A stretch of DNA of 33,621 nucleotides from a virus, in IMG/VR virus record IMGVR_UViG_2799112904_000001, positions 1 through 33,621 of that record; one strand, 5' to 3'. Positions within the stretch are counted from its first letter, which is position 1. Each line of letters opens with the position of its first letter. Position numbers and translations under genes: made by a program. Positions 1 through 7,580 of the stretch are shown here, one piece after another. The notes under the pieces are model-generated. The model ran no database searches, was not told the origin of the DNA, and worked only from the letters and a program-made list of their open reading frames with translations.

Positions 1-98
1 CTTTCATATCACACCTCATTCAATCCACCAACTACATGCTTCAAGTTCCTTTCTTACTTCATCTTCTTTTTCTTTCTGTAATTCTTTATCAGAATCAT
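1..98. repeat. Terminal direct repeat, copy 1 (circular assembly overlap)
   Basis: 1-98 is identical to 33524-33621. Confidence 0.97.
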
Positions 99-258
99 AC
101 TTAACTAATCCATTTTCTCGAATATAAGTCATTACATTCTTTTTACCTTTTACTTCTATCTTTTTAGTATCTATATCTCTATATTCTATTAATAGATAAT
201 ATTTGTTATTATGCTTTACTGCTCTATACTTCAACCCATTTTTATCTATTAGTATCAC
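16..258 (-). CDS. Hypothetical phage protein (80 aa)
   Basis: ORF packed against the RusA gene with a GAGGT SD; no recognisable motif. Confidence 0.75.
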   Translation of the reverse strand: MILIDKNGLKYRAVKHNNKYYLLIEYRDIDTKKIEVKGKKNVMTYIRENGLVKYDSDKELQKEKEDEVRKELEACSWWIE

Positions 259-259
259 A

Positions 260-613
260 CTATACCTCCTCTATTTCTAAAATTACTTTTGTTTCTTTAC
301 CATAACTAAACTCATCAGTAAATCCAGTTACACATCTTCTATTATCATCAGTTAATTTACCTTTCTTTACCATAGCATCTAATATAAATTTTTTAGCAAA
401 ACAAATATTATCTAAATCTCGCCTTTTATTACCTTCTACCCAGTGAAAATATATTTTAATAGGATTACTCCAGTTAGGCATTTTCGTTAAATAAAATCCT
501 ATTTCTTGTTCTATATTAGCTTTATATTTTCCTGCTTTAAACTTATTTGTTCTACATACATCCACATAGTCATTTAAACTAGGTAATTTCATTGGTATTT
601 CAATTTTATACAT
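260..613 (-). CDS. rusA: RusA-like Holliday junction resolvase
   Basis: LPSLNDY N-terminus, RRDLDNI..AKKFILDA..K.G.L.DD acidic catalytic pattern. Confidence 0.85.
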   Translation of the reverse strand: MYKIEIPMKLPSLNDYVDVCRTNKFKAGKYKANIEQEIGFYLTKMPNWSNPIKIYFHWVEGNKRRDLDNICFAKKFILDAMVKKGKLTDDNRRCVTGFTDEFSYGKETKVILEIEEV

Positions 614-1043
614 ATAACTTACTATCCCTTTCTATTTCTTCAGGACTACGGGTGTCTATTCCCTGTTGCTCTGCCTCGTGTATAAGCCCATCAAGTAGTA
701 TTGCAAATTCGTCTGTTTTTAATTCATGACTTGGTGTATATACATGATATACATTAAATCTTTTTCCATTTTTTATTATAGTAGATTTTTTTTCATAGTA
801 CTCAATACCTGTTATTTTTGTATCTTCAGGTACTAACATTTCCCATACTGTACTATAATTTTTTAACATATTAAAATGTAGTTCTTTCCATCCAATTTTT
901 AACTTTTTTGCAAGTTCATTTAATAATTTCCAATACTTAGCATTTTGGTTATTGTTTCTTTTTTCTTTATAATTGCCAACTTTAAATATTCCATCTTCTT
1001 GTTCTAATAACCAATTAATACATTGATTCTTATTTCCTATCAT
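606..1043 (-). CDS. NinB/Orf-like recombination mediator
   Basis: KR...QNAKYW..L.ELA motif and T.EL...EF..L.D..I..A C-terminus; located in the recombination module. Confidence 0.7.
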   Translation of the reverse strand: MIGNKNQCINWLLEQEDGIFKVGNYKEKRNNNQNAKYWKLLNELAKKLKIGWKELHFNMLKNYSTVWEMLVPEDTKITGIEYYEKKSTIIKNGKRFNVYHVYTPSHELKTDEFAILLDGLIHEAEQQGIDTRSPEEIERDSKLYV

Positions 1044-1252
1044 TTTATAACCTTTATAGCTCTAGACCTATTGCCTTCTACTTCAATATATCCTTTTCTC
1101 TCTAAAAGCCTTAATCCATGCCTTATTGCACCTATACTTTTGTTAAGGGCTTCCCCCAACTCATTTAAAGTTGGAGGATAACCATTTTCTATTTTGTATT
1201 TAATAATTGCATTATATATATTTGCTTGTTTCTGTGTTAACCCTTCTTCCAT
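1040..1252 (-). CDS. Stand-alone LexA-type DNA-binding domain protein (no peptidase domain)
   Basis: LT.KQ..IY..I..Y..ENGYPPT..ELGEAL......IR..L..LERKGYI....RSRAI.V. Confidence 0.85.
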   Translation of the reverse strand: MEEGLTQKQANIYNAIIKYKIENGYPPTLNELGEALNKSIGAIRHGLRLLERKGYIEVEGNRSRAIKVIK

Positions 1253-1264
1253 TATTCCACCTTC

Positions 1265-1399
1265 CTATATCTCTTCTTTTATCTCTTTTATCAATTCATC
1301 TATATTTTCCTCAATTACACTCTTTATCATATCATCTGTAATATATACATGAGGATTATCTTCTTTATATGTTACTATTTCAAATATTATTTTTTCCAT
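1265..1399 (-). CDS. Small acidic protein (44 aa, MEKIIFEIVTYKED...), not in the ORF track
   Basis: AGGAG SD, ATG at 1399, TAG at 1265; fills the gap between ssb and the LexA-like gene. Confidence 0.7.
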   Translation of the reverse strand: MEKIIFEIVTYKEDNPHVYITDDMIKSVIEENIDELIKEIKEEI

Positions 1400-1410
1400 T
1401 ATTACATCTC

Positions 1411-1797
1411 CTAATCTAAAAAGTTATCATTTATATCTACCCTATCCCCAAATTCTTGAAATGGGTCATGTGATTCTTCTTTTACTTCTTGCTTGTTTCC
1501 TTTTGCTAAGAATGATATTTTATTAATTATAAAACTATAATCATAATGTTTATTTCCGTTTTTATCTTCCCAATTATGATTTTTTATAATTGATTGTGTA
1601 CCTATTAAATCACCTTTTTTACTATATTTACTTACTAATTCTGCAAGTTTATCAAAAGCAGTTAATCTTATAAATGTTGTATCATCTTTGCCATTATTAA
1701 CTGCTATATTTATTAAAGTTACTGCTTTATTGCCTTTTGTATAACGTGTTTCTGGATCACGTGTTAAACGCCCTATAATTGTAAAATTATTAATCAT
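1411..1797 (-). CDS. ssb: Single-stranded DNA-binding protein
   Basis: N.FTIIGRLTRDPE.RYT OB-fold start, acidic C-terminal tail ending DNFLD; start moved to the ATG after the GGAGTGA SD. Confidence 0.93.
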   Translation of the reverse strand: MINNFTIIGRLTRDPETRYTKGNKAVTLINIAVNNGKDDTTFIRLTAFDKLAELVSKYSKKGDLIGTQSIIKNHNWEDKNGNKHYDYSFIINKISFLAKGNKQEVKEESHDPFQEFGDRVDINDNFLD

Positions 1798-1809
1798 TTT
1801 TATCACTCC

Positions 1810-2331
1810 CTATTTATAATATTTTTTGATTTTAAATTTTTTTATATAATTAAAAACTGTTCCTTGAGCAATACCAAGTATTTTAGCTATTTCATTATAA
1901 CTTTTTCCACTATTCAACATTTCTAACATATCTTCTCTACTAATAGTGTTAATTTTATGAATAATTAATTCATTTTTTATTGCATGTTCAATATTGTGTT
2001 TTTGAGTACACCATTCTAAATTTTCTACTTTATTATTTAAAGGATTACCGTCCTTATGGTTAATTATAGAATAATTGTTAGGATTGGGTATAAATGCTTC
2101 TGCTACAAGTCTATGAACTTTCATATCTTTGCTTTTTTTGTTTTTCATTAACTTTACAACATTTCTATAATATGTGTTATTAGTATTTGTTTTTTGTATA
2201 TATGGATTAAGCATTTTTTCTCTTTTTACATATTTTTTACCATCCCAACCAACAAAACTTTTTATCCTGCCATAATTACTAACTTGATATAATCCTTCGT
2301 ATCCTTTAATATCTTTCCAGATTTCTTTCAT
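1810..2331 (-). CDS. NUMOD4 + HNH homing endonuclease with C-terminal HTH
   Basis: EIWKDIKGYEGLYQVSNYGRIKS; VHRLVAEAFIPNP....INHKDGN.LNN.V.NLEW. Confidence 0.92.
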   Translation of the reverse strand: MKEIWKDIKGYEGLYQVSNYGRIKSFVGWDGKKYVKREKMLNPYIQKTNTNNTYYRNVVKLMKNKKSKDMKVHRLVAEAFIPNPNNYSIINHKDGNPLNNKVENLEWCTQKHNIEHAIKNELIIHKINTISREDMLEMLNSGKSYNEIAKILGIAQGTVFNYIKKFKIKKYYK

Positions 2332-2357
2332 AATATACCTTCTTTCTGCTTATAAAC

Positions 2358-2444
2358 AAAAAGACGCTTATATGAATAGATTAGGCTTTATTGCTAGATG
2401 ACCACCTAGTCTACTCATATAAACATCTCTTTGTCATCTAGCAA
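2358..2444 (-). ncRNA. Structured leader upstream of the HNH gene (two interleaved helices)
   Basis: Perfect 12-bp inverted repeat 2433-2444/2391-2402, interleaved with a 28-bp helix 2405-2432/2358-2385 (4 G.U, 1 mismatch), followed by a U-run. Confidence 0.6.
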
Positions 2445-2448
2445 ATTA

Positions 2449-2477
2449 ATTATAACATATATTTTTTCATTTTACAA
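2449..2477 (-). promoter_or_regulatory. sigmaA-type promoter for the HNH gene
   Basis: TTGTAA-17 nt-TATAAT with extended TG. Confidence 0.75.
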
Positions 2478-2559
2478 CTTCCATATTATTCTCCTTTTCA
2501 CATTTTTTTATTAATTTTAATAAATTCTTTTTAAATTCTATTGTATCTTTATTATTCAT
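2467..2559 (-). CDS. Possible 30-aa ORF (MNNKDTIEF...)
   Basis: TAATG overlap with the upstream gene and GAGGT SD; very short. Confidence 0.4.
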   Translation of the reverse strand: MNNKDTIEFKKNLLKLIKKCEKENNMEVVK

Positions 2560-2870
2560 TATTTTACCTCTTTCATTTTATTTAATTTTTGTTGTTCTCT
2601 CCATACTTTGTTTCTTTGATTTTCAATTTCTTTGTTTTCCCAATATTTTTTGTATCTATCGTTTGCTTCTTTTAATCTTTTTTGTGTATGTTCCGTATGA
2701 TAAGTATAGTTACAGCATCCGCCTTCCTCAATAGGATATCTATAACCATCATTTTTTCTCCATTTTTTTAAATCTAAATAATTTTTAAATACATAAGATT
2801 GTCCTTCATCTGGATGAAAAACACTTAATAAAAATTCTTCACTCATTATTTTACCTCTTTCATTTTATTT
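2556..2870. repeat. 28-bp direct repeats flanking ORF 2559-2846
   Basis: tcattattttacctctttcattttattt at 2556-2583 and 2843-2870. Confidence 0.9.
2559..2846 (-). CDS. Hypothetical protein (95 aa)
   Basis: ORF with SD, coupled by TAATG. Confidence 0.75.
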   Translation of the reverse strand: MSEEFLLSVFHPDEGQSYVFKNYLDLKKWRKNDGYRYPIEEGGCCNYTYHTEHTQKRLKEANDRYKKYWENKEIENQRNKVWREQQKLNKMKEVK

Positions 2871-3061
2871 TTAATCATTGTTTCTTTTAATTTATTTCTA
2901 AACTTAGACATTGGAGAGGCATATATATAATGCCTACACCAACTACAAACATTTTTATCTCCATTAAGTACGTATTGTTTATGTCCACAATACTCACACG
3001 TCCTTTTAAATGGAGCTAAACTGTCATATTTCACACTTAGCTTGTCCTTTTTTTTCTTCAT
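2846..3061 (-). CDS. Small putative zinc-finger protein
   Basis: CEYC...CSWC pair. Confidence 0.7.
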   Translation of the reverse strand: MKKKKDKLSVKYDSLAPFKRTCEYCGHKQYVLNGDKNVCSWCRHYIYASPMSKFRNKLKETMIKNKMKEVK

Positions 3062-3063
3062 TT

Positions 3064-3891
3064 TTATTCTCCTTTTAATAGATTTTCTGCATCTTCATAA
3101 GTTAAATCACTTAATTTACTTTTATTTAATTTTATTAATATGTTTTTTATCTCATCTGCACTATATTTATCTTTTATTCTTTGCTTTTGTGTTTCTATAA
3201 TAGGCATTGCATTTATTTCTTTTTTTGTTTCTTCTGGTGTCATTTCAACTAATCCCGTTAATATGCTTACTGCCTTTTTTATATTTTCATCTTTCCCTTT
3301 ATCAAATAACCATTCAAGATATTTTACATCTCCTGATTCATATATCTCACCAATTGTTTTTCCGTTGTACTTTCCAAAATTAATTACTAATCCTTTAGCA
3401 TCTTCTTTTGTTTCTATTTTTTTATTTGTATTATATTTGCTATCTCCCCAGTAAACATTAGCTCCCATTCCTAACATTTTACATGCTACTGATAAAGCAT
3501 CTGTATAAGCCATTTTAAAGCATTCATCACTTGTATATAATCCGTTTTTTTCTTTTGCTATAAATGAACTTCCACCTGTTCCTATAATTGGTTCACTCCA
3601 TAAATTATCTTCTAGATTATATGGCACTTTATAATTTACAAATAAATTAATATCTACAATTGCAATTTTTTCTCCATTTGCTCCATCTATTATTTCTCTT
3701 TTTGTTATTGGTGCATGCCAACCTAAACCAACAGGTCCAAATATTTCGGTTAATTTTTCAATTCTCCACATTGGTTTTATATCAGTCATTCCTGACAATC
3801 TTCCACCTGTAATTGGTTTCTGTGCTTCTTTTGGCACTTCTTTTATCTTATTATATATTCCTAATGTTTCATAATTCTCTAAATTTTCCAT
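3064..3891 (-). CDS. Sak/Rad52-family single-strand annealing protein with C-terminal FGKY (ExoX-like) domain
   Basis: TDIKPMWRIEKLTEIFGPVGLGW; AYTDALSVACKMLGMGA.VY; INFGKYNGKTI.EI.......YLEWL. Confidence 0.8.
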   Translation of the reverse strand: MENLENYETLGIYNKIKEVPKEAQKPITGGRLSGMTDIKPMWRIEKLTEIFGPVGLGWHAPITKREIIDGANGEKIAIVDINLFVNYKVPYNLEDNLWSEPIIGTGGSSFIAKEKNGLYTSDECFKMAYTDALSVACKMLGMGANVYWGDSKYNTNKKIETKEDAKGLVINFGKYNGKTIGEIYESGDVKYLEWLFDKGKDENIKKAVSILTGLVEMTPEETKKEINAMPIIETQKQRIKDKYSADEIKNILIKLNKSKLSDLTYEDAENLLKGE

Positions 3892-3892
3892 A

Positions 3893-4108
3893 TCATTTAC
3901 CTTCCTTTATAAAATAATTTTTATATTTAATTTTTTCTCCAAATCTGTTTGTACCTTCCATCCATTCGTCTTGTATATTATATTCTAATCTTAATTGTCT
4001 AATATACTCTGATAATCTTGTACATCCCAAATCCATAAATGCTTGAAATGTATTTATACTTCCAAATCTTTGAATGTATTCTAGAACTCTATTTTTCACA
4101 CTTACCAT
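3893..4108 (-). CDS. Winged HTH protein (HTH_39-like)
   Basis: RVLEY....GSI.T.QA..DLG.TRLS..I..LR. Confidence 0.75.
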   Translation of the reverse strand: MVSVKNRVLEYIQRFGSINTFQAFMDLGCTRLSEYIRQLRLEYNIQDEWMEGTNRFGEKIKYKNYFIKEGK

Positions 4109-4341
4109 CCCATTTCTTCATAACTTAAAGGTCTATAATTGTCGTCTCTTTCTTGTATTATTTCTTCTTTTTCTTCTTCTAACCTATCAATTTCATTTAA
4201 TAAATCTTCTACTATATACATAATATGTTCTACATTTATAAAATCATTTTGTATATCATATTCTGTAATAGTTCTTTGTTGAACTTTCTTAATGATTTCC
4301 TTTTCATCATCACTCAATTTGTAATACATTTTATCTTTCAT
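4102..4341 (-). CDS. Hypothetical acidic coiled-coil protein, first gene after the early promoter
   Basis: ATG at 4341 lies 8 nt after the AGAAAGGTG SD. Confidence 0.75.
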   Translation of the reverse strand: MKDKMYYKLSDDEKEIIKKVQQRTITEYDIQNDFINVEHIMYIVEDLLNEIDRLEEEKEEIIQERDDNYRPLSYEEMGW

Positions 4342-4370
4342 ACCTCTCACACCTTTCTAGTAATTTTAAT

Positions 4371-4417
4371 TACATTATAATTATAACACATATATGTTAG
4401 TTTGTCAACACTTTTTT
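4371..4417 (-). promoter_or_regulatory. Consensus sigmaA early promoter, twin copy A
   Basis: TTGACA(4403-4408)-17-TATAAT(4380-4385), TG extension, upstream A-tract; 45/47 identical to 12105-12151. Confidence 0.9.
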
Positions 4418-4964
4418 ATAAATTTTCTAGTATTTCGTCAATATGATAATTAATAGGCATTCCTTTATAACTTCTTATTGCATTTTCTAAGCATCTTTTT
4501 TCTAATCCTTCAGGCATTATCTCATATAAATTATAACAGAATCTCCAGTACATCTCTTCGAACTCATTATCTGGTAATTTTTCTAAAGCATATCTATTTA
4601 AGCTTCTGTGATAAAATCTTTTATTCATCCTAATTACATAATCCACTGAACTACATCTGTCATAATGTTCCTGATATTTTGCTTGTAGCACGGTTTTCCC
4701 ACACAAACTGCATTTAATAGTAATATTGCTCATTGAGAATTTTTCGTTGCTCTTAACAAGGTATTTTGTCAAATAATAAGGGTCTGGATATTGTCCAAAA
4801 TTTTTACTTTCTCTAAAATATTCATCTAGCTTTTCATCTACATCTTTATAATCATAATCTTTCAATATTTTATGCCATTCATCTACTGTGTCTTTTTTTA
4901 TTAAAAACGATTGTCTAAAAGTTACTATTTTTCTTAATATTTTATTTGTTTCTGTTATTTCCAT
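4416..4964 (-). CDS. Putative helicase loader/inhibitor (SPP1 G39P-like N-terminus)
   Basis: E...IL..I...........W...L.DYDY.....  ..SK....P pattern; directly downstream of the initiator gene. Confidence 0.5.
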   Translation of the reverse strand: MEITETNKILRKIVTFRQSFLIKKDTVDEWHKILKDYDYKDVDEKLDEYFRESKNFGQYPDPYYLTKYLVKSNEKFSMSNITIKCSLCGKTVLQAKYQEHYDRCSSVDYVIRMNKRFYHRSLNRYALEKLPDNEFEEMYWRFCYNLYEIMPEGLEKRCLENAIRSYKGMPINYHIDEILENL

Positions 4965-4965
4965 T

Positions 4966-5727
4966 TTATTTCTCCTCTTCTACATACTGGTCTAATATAG
5001 CTAATCCTTTATAATATTCTCTTTCTCTATAACTCATTCCTTTATACTTGTTTTCTTCTTCTTTTCTTTCTCTAAATTTTTTATCAGCTTTTTGTGCTTC
5101 TACAACTGTTGTTATATTTTTAGCTTTATAACTGTCTAAAATTGTATTAATATAGTTTGTGCTGTAAGCACCATTTAACACCGCTTGTTTTATAGCATGT
5201 CTAGTAACTTCGCTATCTTCCCATTTTGTTATTTCTTCAATTTCTGCTGGTCTTAACATTCTTCCGAAGTTATTTTGGATAAAATCGAAAAGGTCGTCAT
5301 CGTGGTCATTGTTACCTTGACTTACCTTACCTATACTTACCTTACCTAACTCTAACCTATCCTTACCTGTGTATCCATCTTGTATACATTTTGTATACGT
5401 ACCGTTTTTTTCTTGATATAATTCATTTTTTTCATCTAAATATATTGTTTCTTTATACCTGTCTTTTTGTATGTAATTATGAATTTTCCAATGTTTAATA
5501 ACAACTATTCCTGTATCAAATGGAATAATAAATTGTTTTGTTGTTAATACTCTAAAATCATCTTCATTACATCCTACCATTTTCATTATTTTTTTAGGAC
5601 TTGATACAAAACCATCATCATCAGCTCTCATACATAACTCATAATATAATAACCTGCTTGATTGAGGCATTTCCATAAATAAATCTGTGTCTATAATATC
5701 TAAACTAAACATTCTTCTTTTTGCCAT
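4966..5727 (-). CDS. Phage replication initiator (replisome organiser N-terminus + DnaD domain)
   Basis: MAKRRMFS..IIDTDLF.EMP.S..LLYY.L.M.ADDDGFV; F...FGR.L.P.E.E.I..W......HAI..AV.......YI..IL..Y. Confidence 0.88.
   Translation of the reverse strand: MAKRRMFSLDIIDTDLFMEMPQSSRLLYYELCMRADDDGFVSSPKKIMKMVGCNEDDFRVLTTKQFIIPFDTGIVVIKHWKIHNYIQKDRYKETIYLDEKNELYQEKNGTYTKCIQDGYTGKDRLELGKVSIGKVSQGNNDHDDDLFDFIQNNFGRMLRPAEIEEITKWEDSEVTRHAIKQAVLNGAYSTNYINTILDSYKAKNITTVVEAQKADKKFRERKEEENKYKGMSYREREYYKGLAILDQYVEEEK
5311..5400. repeat. Iteron-like repeats inside the initiator gene (putative origin)
   Basis: acttaccttaccta at 5320-5333 and 5335-5348, further ttacct units, two ttgtatac copies. Confidence 0.55.
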
Positions 5728-5729
5728 TC

Positions 5730-5846
5730 TTATTTCTTCCTTTCTATTAATAACATTCTAATATAAGCATTTAAACTTAATTGCAATTTTTTTGCTTCTT
5801 CAACTAATTCAGCTTTTAATTCATCTGATATTGTTATATGCATCAT
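5730..5846 (-). CDS. Ribbon-helix-helix (Arc/CopG-like) microprotein, 38 aa, not in the ORF track
   Basis: MMHITISDELKAELVEEAKKLQLSLNAYIRMLLIERKK; GGGAGG SD; own promoter. Confidence 0.8.
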   Translation of the reverse strand: MMHITISDELKAELVEEAKKLQLSLNAYIRMLLIERKK

Positions 5847-5870
5847 TTTTTATCCCTCCCATCTGCTACC

Positions 5871-5899
5871 ATTTTACTACATCATAATTATTAAGTCAA
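5871..5899 (-). promoter_or_regulatory. sigmaA-type promoter of the RHH-initiator operon
   Basis: TTGACT-17-TAAAAT. Confidence 0.75.
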
Positions 5900-5912
5900 T
5901 AGTTTTTTAAAT

Positions 5913-5940
5913 AAAAAAAACAATTTATTTAAAATTGTCT
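5913..5940 (-). terminator. Intrinsic terminator after HNH gene 5940-6254
   Basis: AGACAATT/AATTGTTT hairpin followed by a U-run. Confidence 0.6.
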
Positions 5941-6254
5941 TAATTAAAATACTTCTTATATACCAGATTTTCACGTTTTAAACCCTCATATTTTGATAAA
6001 AGATACTTCCAAGTATAATTTATCATTGGACGTGGATTTCTTCCAAAATCGTACTTATAATGGCATTCATGGCAGGCAGTAACAACATTCTGCTCTATAC
6101 CTAGTCCTAATTGACTTCTTTTTATAAAATGTGAGTTAGCACATTCTACAGGTACATAAGAACCACAATAGATACATTTATGCTTATCTCTTTCCCATAC
6201 TATTTGCCTTACTTCTTTACTTATAGCTGTTGCTTTTGCTAATTTACTTTTCAT
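5940..6254 (-). CDS. Small HNH / NinG-like nuclease
   Basis: VWERD...CIYCG......SHFI.RS.LG.G...N.VTAC..CH..YD. Confidence 0.8.
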   Translation of the reverse strand: MKSKLAKATAISKEVRQIVWERDKHKCIYCGSYVPVECANSHFIKRSQLGLGIEQNVVTACHECHYKYDFGRNPRPMINYTWKYLLSKYEGLKRENLVYKKYFN

Positions 6255-6474
6255 TTTTTCTCTCCATAATATCTTTCAGATTTATTGCAAATTCTATTTT
6301 TTTATTTATCTCTTTTATTCTTGTATTTATATCTCTTATTCTCCAAAAATATTTATGTTTTCTAATAAAATAGTCTTTTTTTCCTAATGATCTTTCTATT
6401 ATAAAATTAATATTATCACGTTTTTTTTGTAAATCCTTTTTTTCCCCAATTAATCTTTTTAAATATTCGTGCAT
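6244..6474 (-). CDS. Hypothetical basic coiled-coil protein
   Basis: ORF with GGAGAGG SD and an upstream promoter. Confidence 0.7.
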   Translation of the reverse strand: MHEYLKRLIGEKKDLQKKRDNINFIIERSLGKKDYFIRKHKYFWRIRDINTRIKEINKKIEFAINLKDIMERKNEK

Positions 6475-6497
6475 ATTACCTCTCCATTATTAATTAA

Positions 6498-6526
6498 ATA
6501 ATATACCTTAAATAATAAAAAGTCAA
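6498..6526 (-). promoter_or_regulatory. sigmaA-type promoter
   Basis: TTGACT-17-TATTAT. Confidence 0.7.
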
Positions 6527-6527
6527 T

Positions 6528-6653
6528 AAAAAACTTACCCATTAAAATGAATAAGTTCTTATACATCTTTATTTGTAGATGCACAACACATTTAGTAATT
6601 TATATTTTAAAATTACTAGAAAGGTATTTGAGTGATGCGATGTTTTCATCACA
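6528..6653 (-). ncRNA. Putative trans-acting small RNA (about 125 nt, four hairpins, intrinsic terminator)
   Basis: Hairpins at 6636-6653, 6593-6618, 6562-6583 and a terminator at 6532-6557 with U-run; no credible ORF; 19-nt perfect antisense (6607-6625) to the mRNA leader at 4351-4369. Confidence 0.65.
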
Positions 6654-6658
6654 AATTA

Positions 6659-6687
6659 ATATTATCACAAATAAAAGAAAATGTCAA
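6659..6687 (-). promoter_or_regulatory. sigmaA-type promoter for the putative sRNA
   Basis: TTGACA-17-TAATAT with TGn extension. Confidence 0.7.
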
Positions 6688-6698
6688 ATTTACATTTT

Positions 6699-7580
6699 CT
6701 ATACTTTATATAAATATGATCCAACTACCCAGAACTTGTATTTATCGCCAATTCCTGCATCTAATTGATAATACTTAATACCACCATCAGTAGCAGTTTT
6801 TGATATTCTAAATGCTCTATTGAATACAAACTTATATCCCTTTTTCATATGGATTAAATCACTATTCCATGTCTTCTTACCATTTGAATTAACTATATCA
6901 ACAAACTTTTCTGGAATACCATTGTCTTTCCAACTAAAACGATTTTCACCACCAGCATTTAAATCTTCTCTTACTTGATACATTCCATATATTTTTTGAA
7001 CATCATCAGCAATATAATAATTGTAATGGTCTGCAGTTCTTATTTTTACATAATCTCCTACTTTAAATGTTGATGATGGTTGTGGTGTAGGCTCACCACC
7101 ATTCATAGCAATTCTTACTCTGTCTTTAAAACTTTCCCATCTGTTCTCTGCTAATATACGGTGTGGGCAATACTTACCACTCCAGTCTTGATGTTTCTTT
7201 ACTCTATCTACACCAAGTCCATATTTTTTAAGTAAATAAGCAACTAATTGTACACAGTTCTCTTCTGCTTGTACATATCTAGCACCACCACTTTTTGAAT
7301 AGCATATCTCAATAGCGATAGACTTTCTGTTCCCTGTACCATTAGCACCATCTCCACAAGAAAAGTTATTCCTATCAAGTGGAAGTCCTTGTCTTGCTTC
7401 TACATCGTCAACTGCAAAATGATATGAATTATATGAGTTTCTTTTCATATAAGCAATTTCATTTAAAGCACTAGCATCATTTGCTGTATTATGAATTGTT
7501 ATATACTCAGGTGTCATGTGATATGGACATTGAGTATTATATTTTGACTCACTTACTAAATCTTGAACTATATTAACCAT
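6699..7580 (-). CDS. Endolysin, N-acetylmuramoyl-L-alanine amidase (Amidase_2, CwlA/XlyA-like) with C-terminal putative cell-wall-binding region
   Basis: ITIHNTAN.ASA.NE; YHFAVDD; GNRKSIAIEICYS; KKHQDWSGKYCPHR; Pro-rich linker. Confidence 0.93.
   Translation of the reverse strand: MVNIVQDLVSESKYNTQCPYHMTPEYITIHNTANDASALNEIAYMKRNSYNSYHFAVDDVEARQGLPLDRNNFSCGDGANGTGNRKSIAIEICYSKSGGARYVQAEENCVQLVAYLLKKYGLGVDRVKKHQDWSGKYCPHRILAENRWESFKDRVRIAMNGGEPTPQPSSTFKVGDYVKIRTADHYNYYIADDVQKIYGMYQVREDLNAGGENRFSWKDNGIPEKFVDIVNSNGKKTWNSDLIHMKKGYKFVFNRAFRISKTATDGGIKYYQLDAGIGDKYKFWVVGSYLYKV

Noticed and set aside
1-98. Terminal repeat as a biological DTR or att site
   Set aside because: The exact 98-nt end overlap cuts through a gene, which is typical of assembler overlap; the headful-type terminase predicts circular permutation
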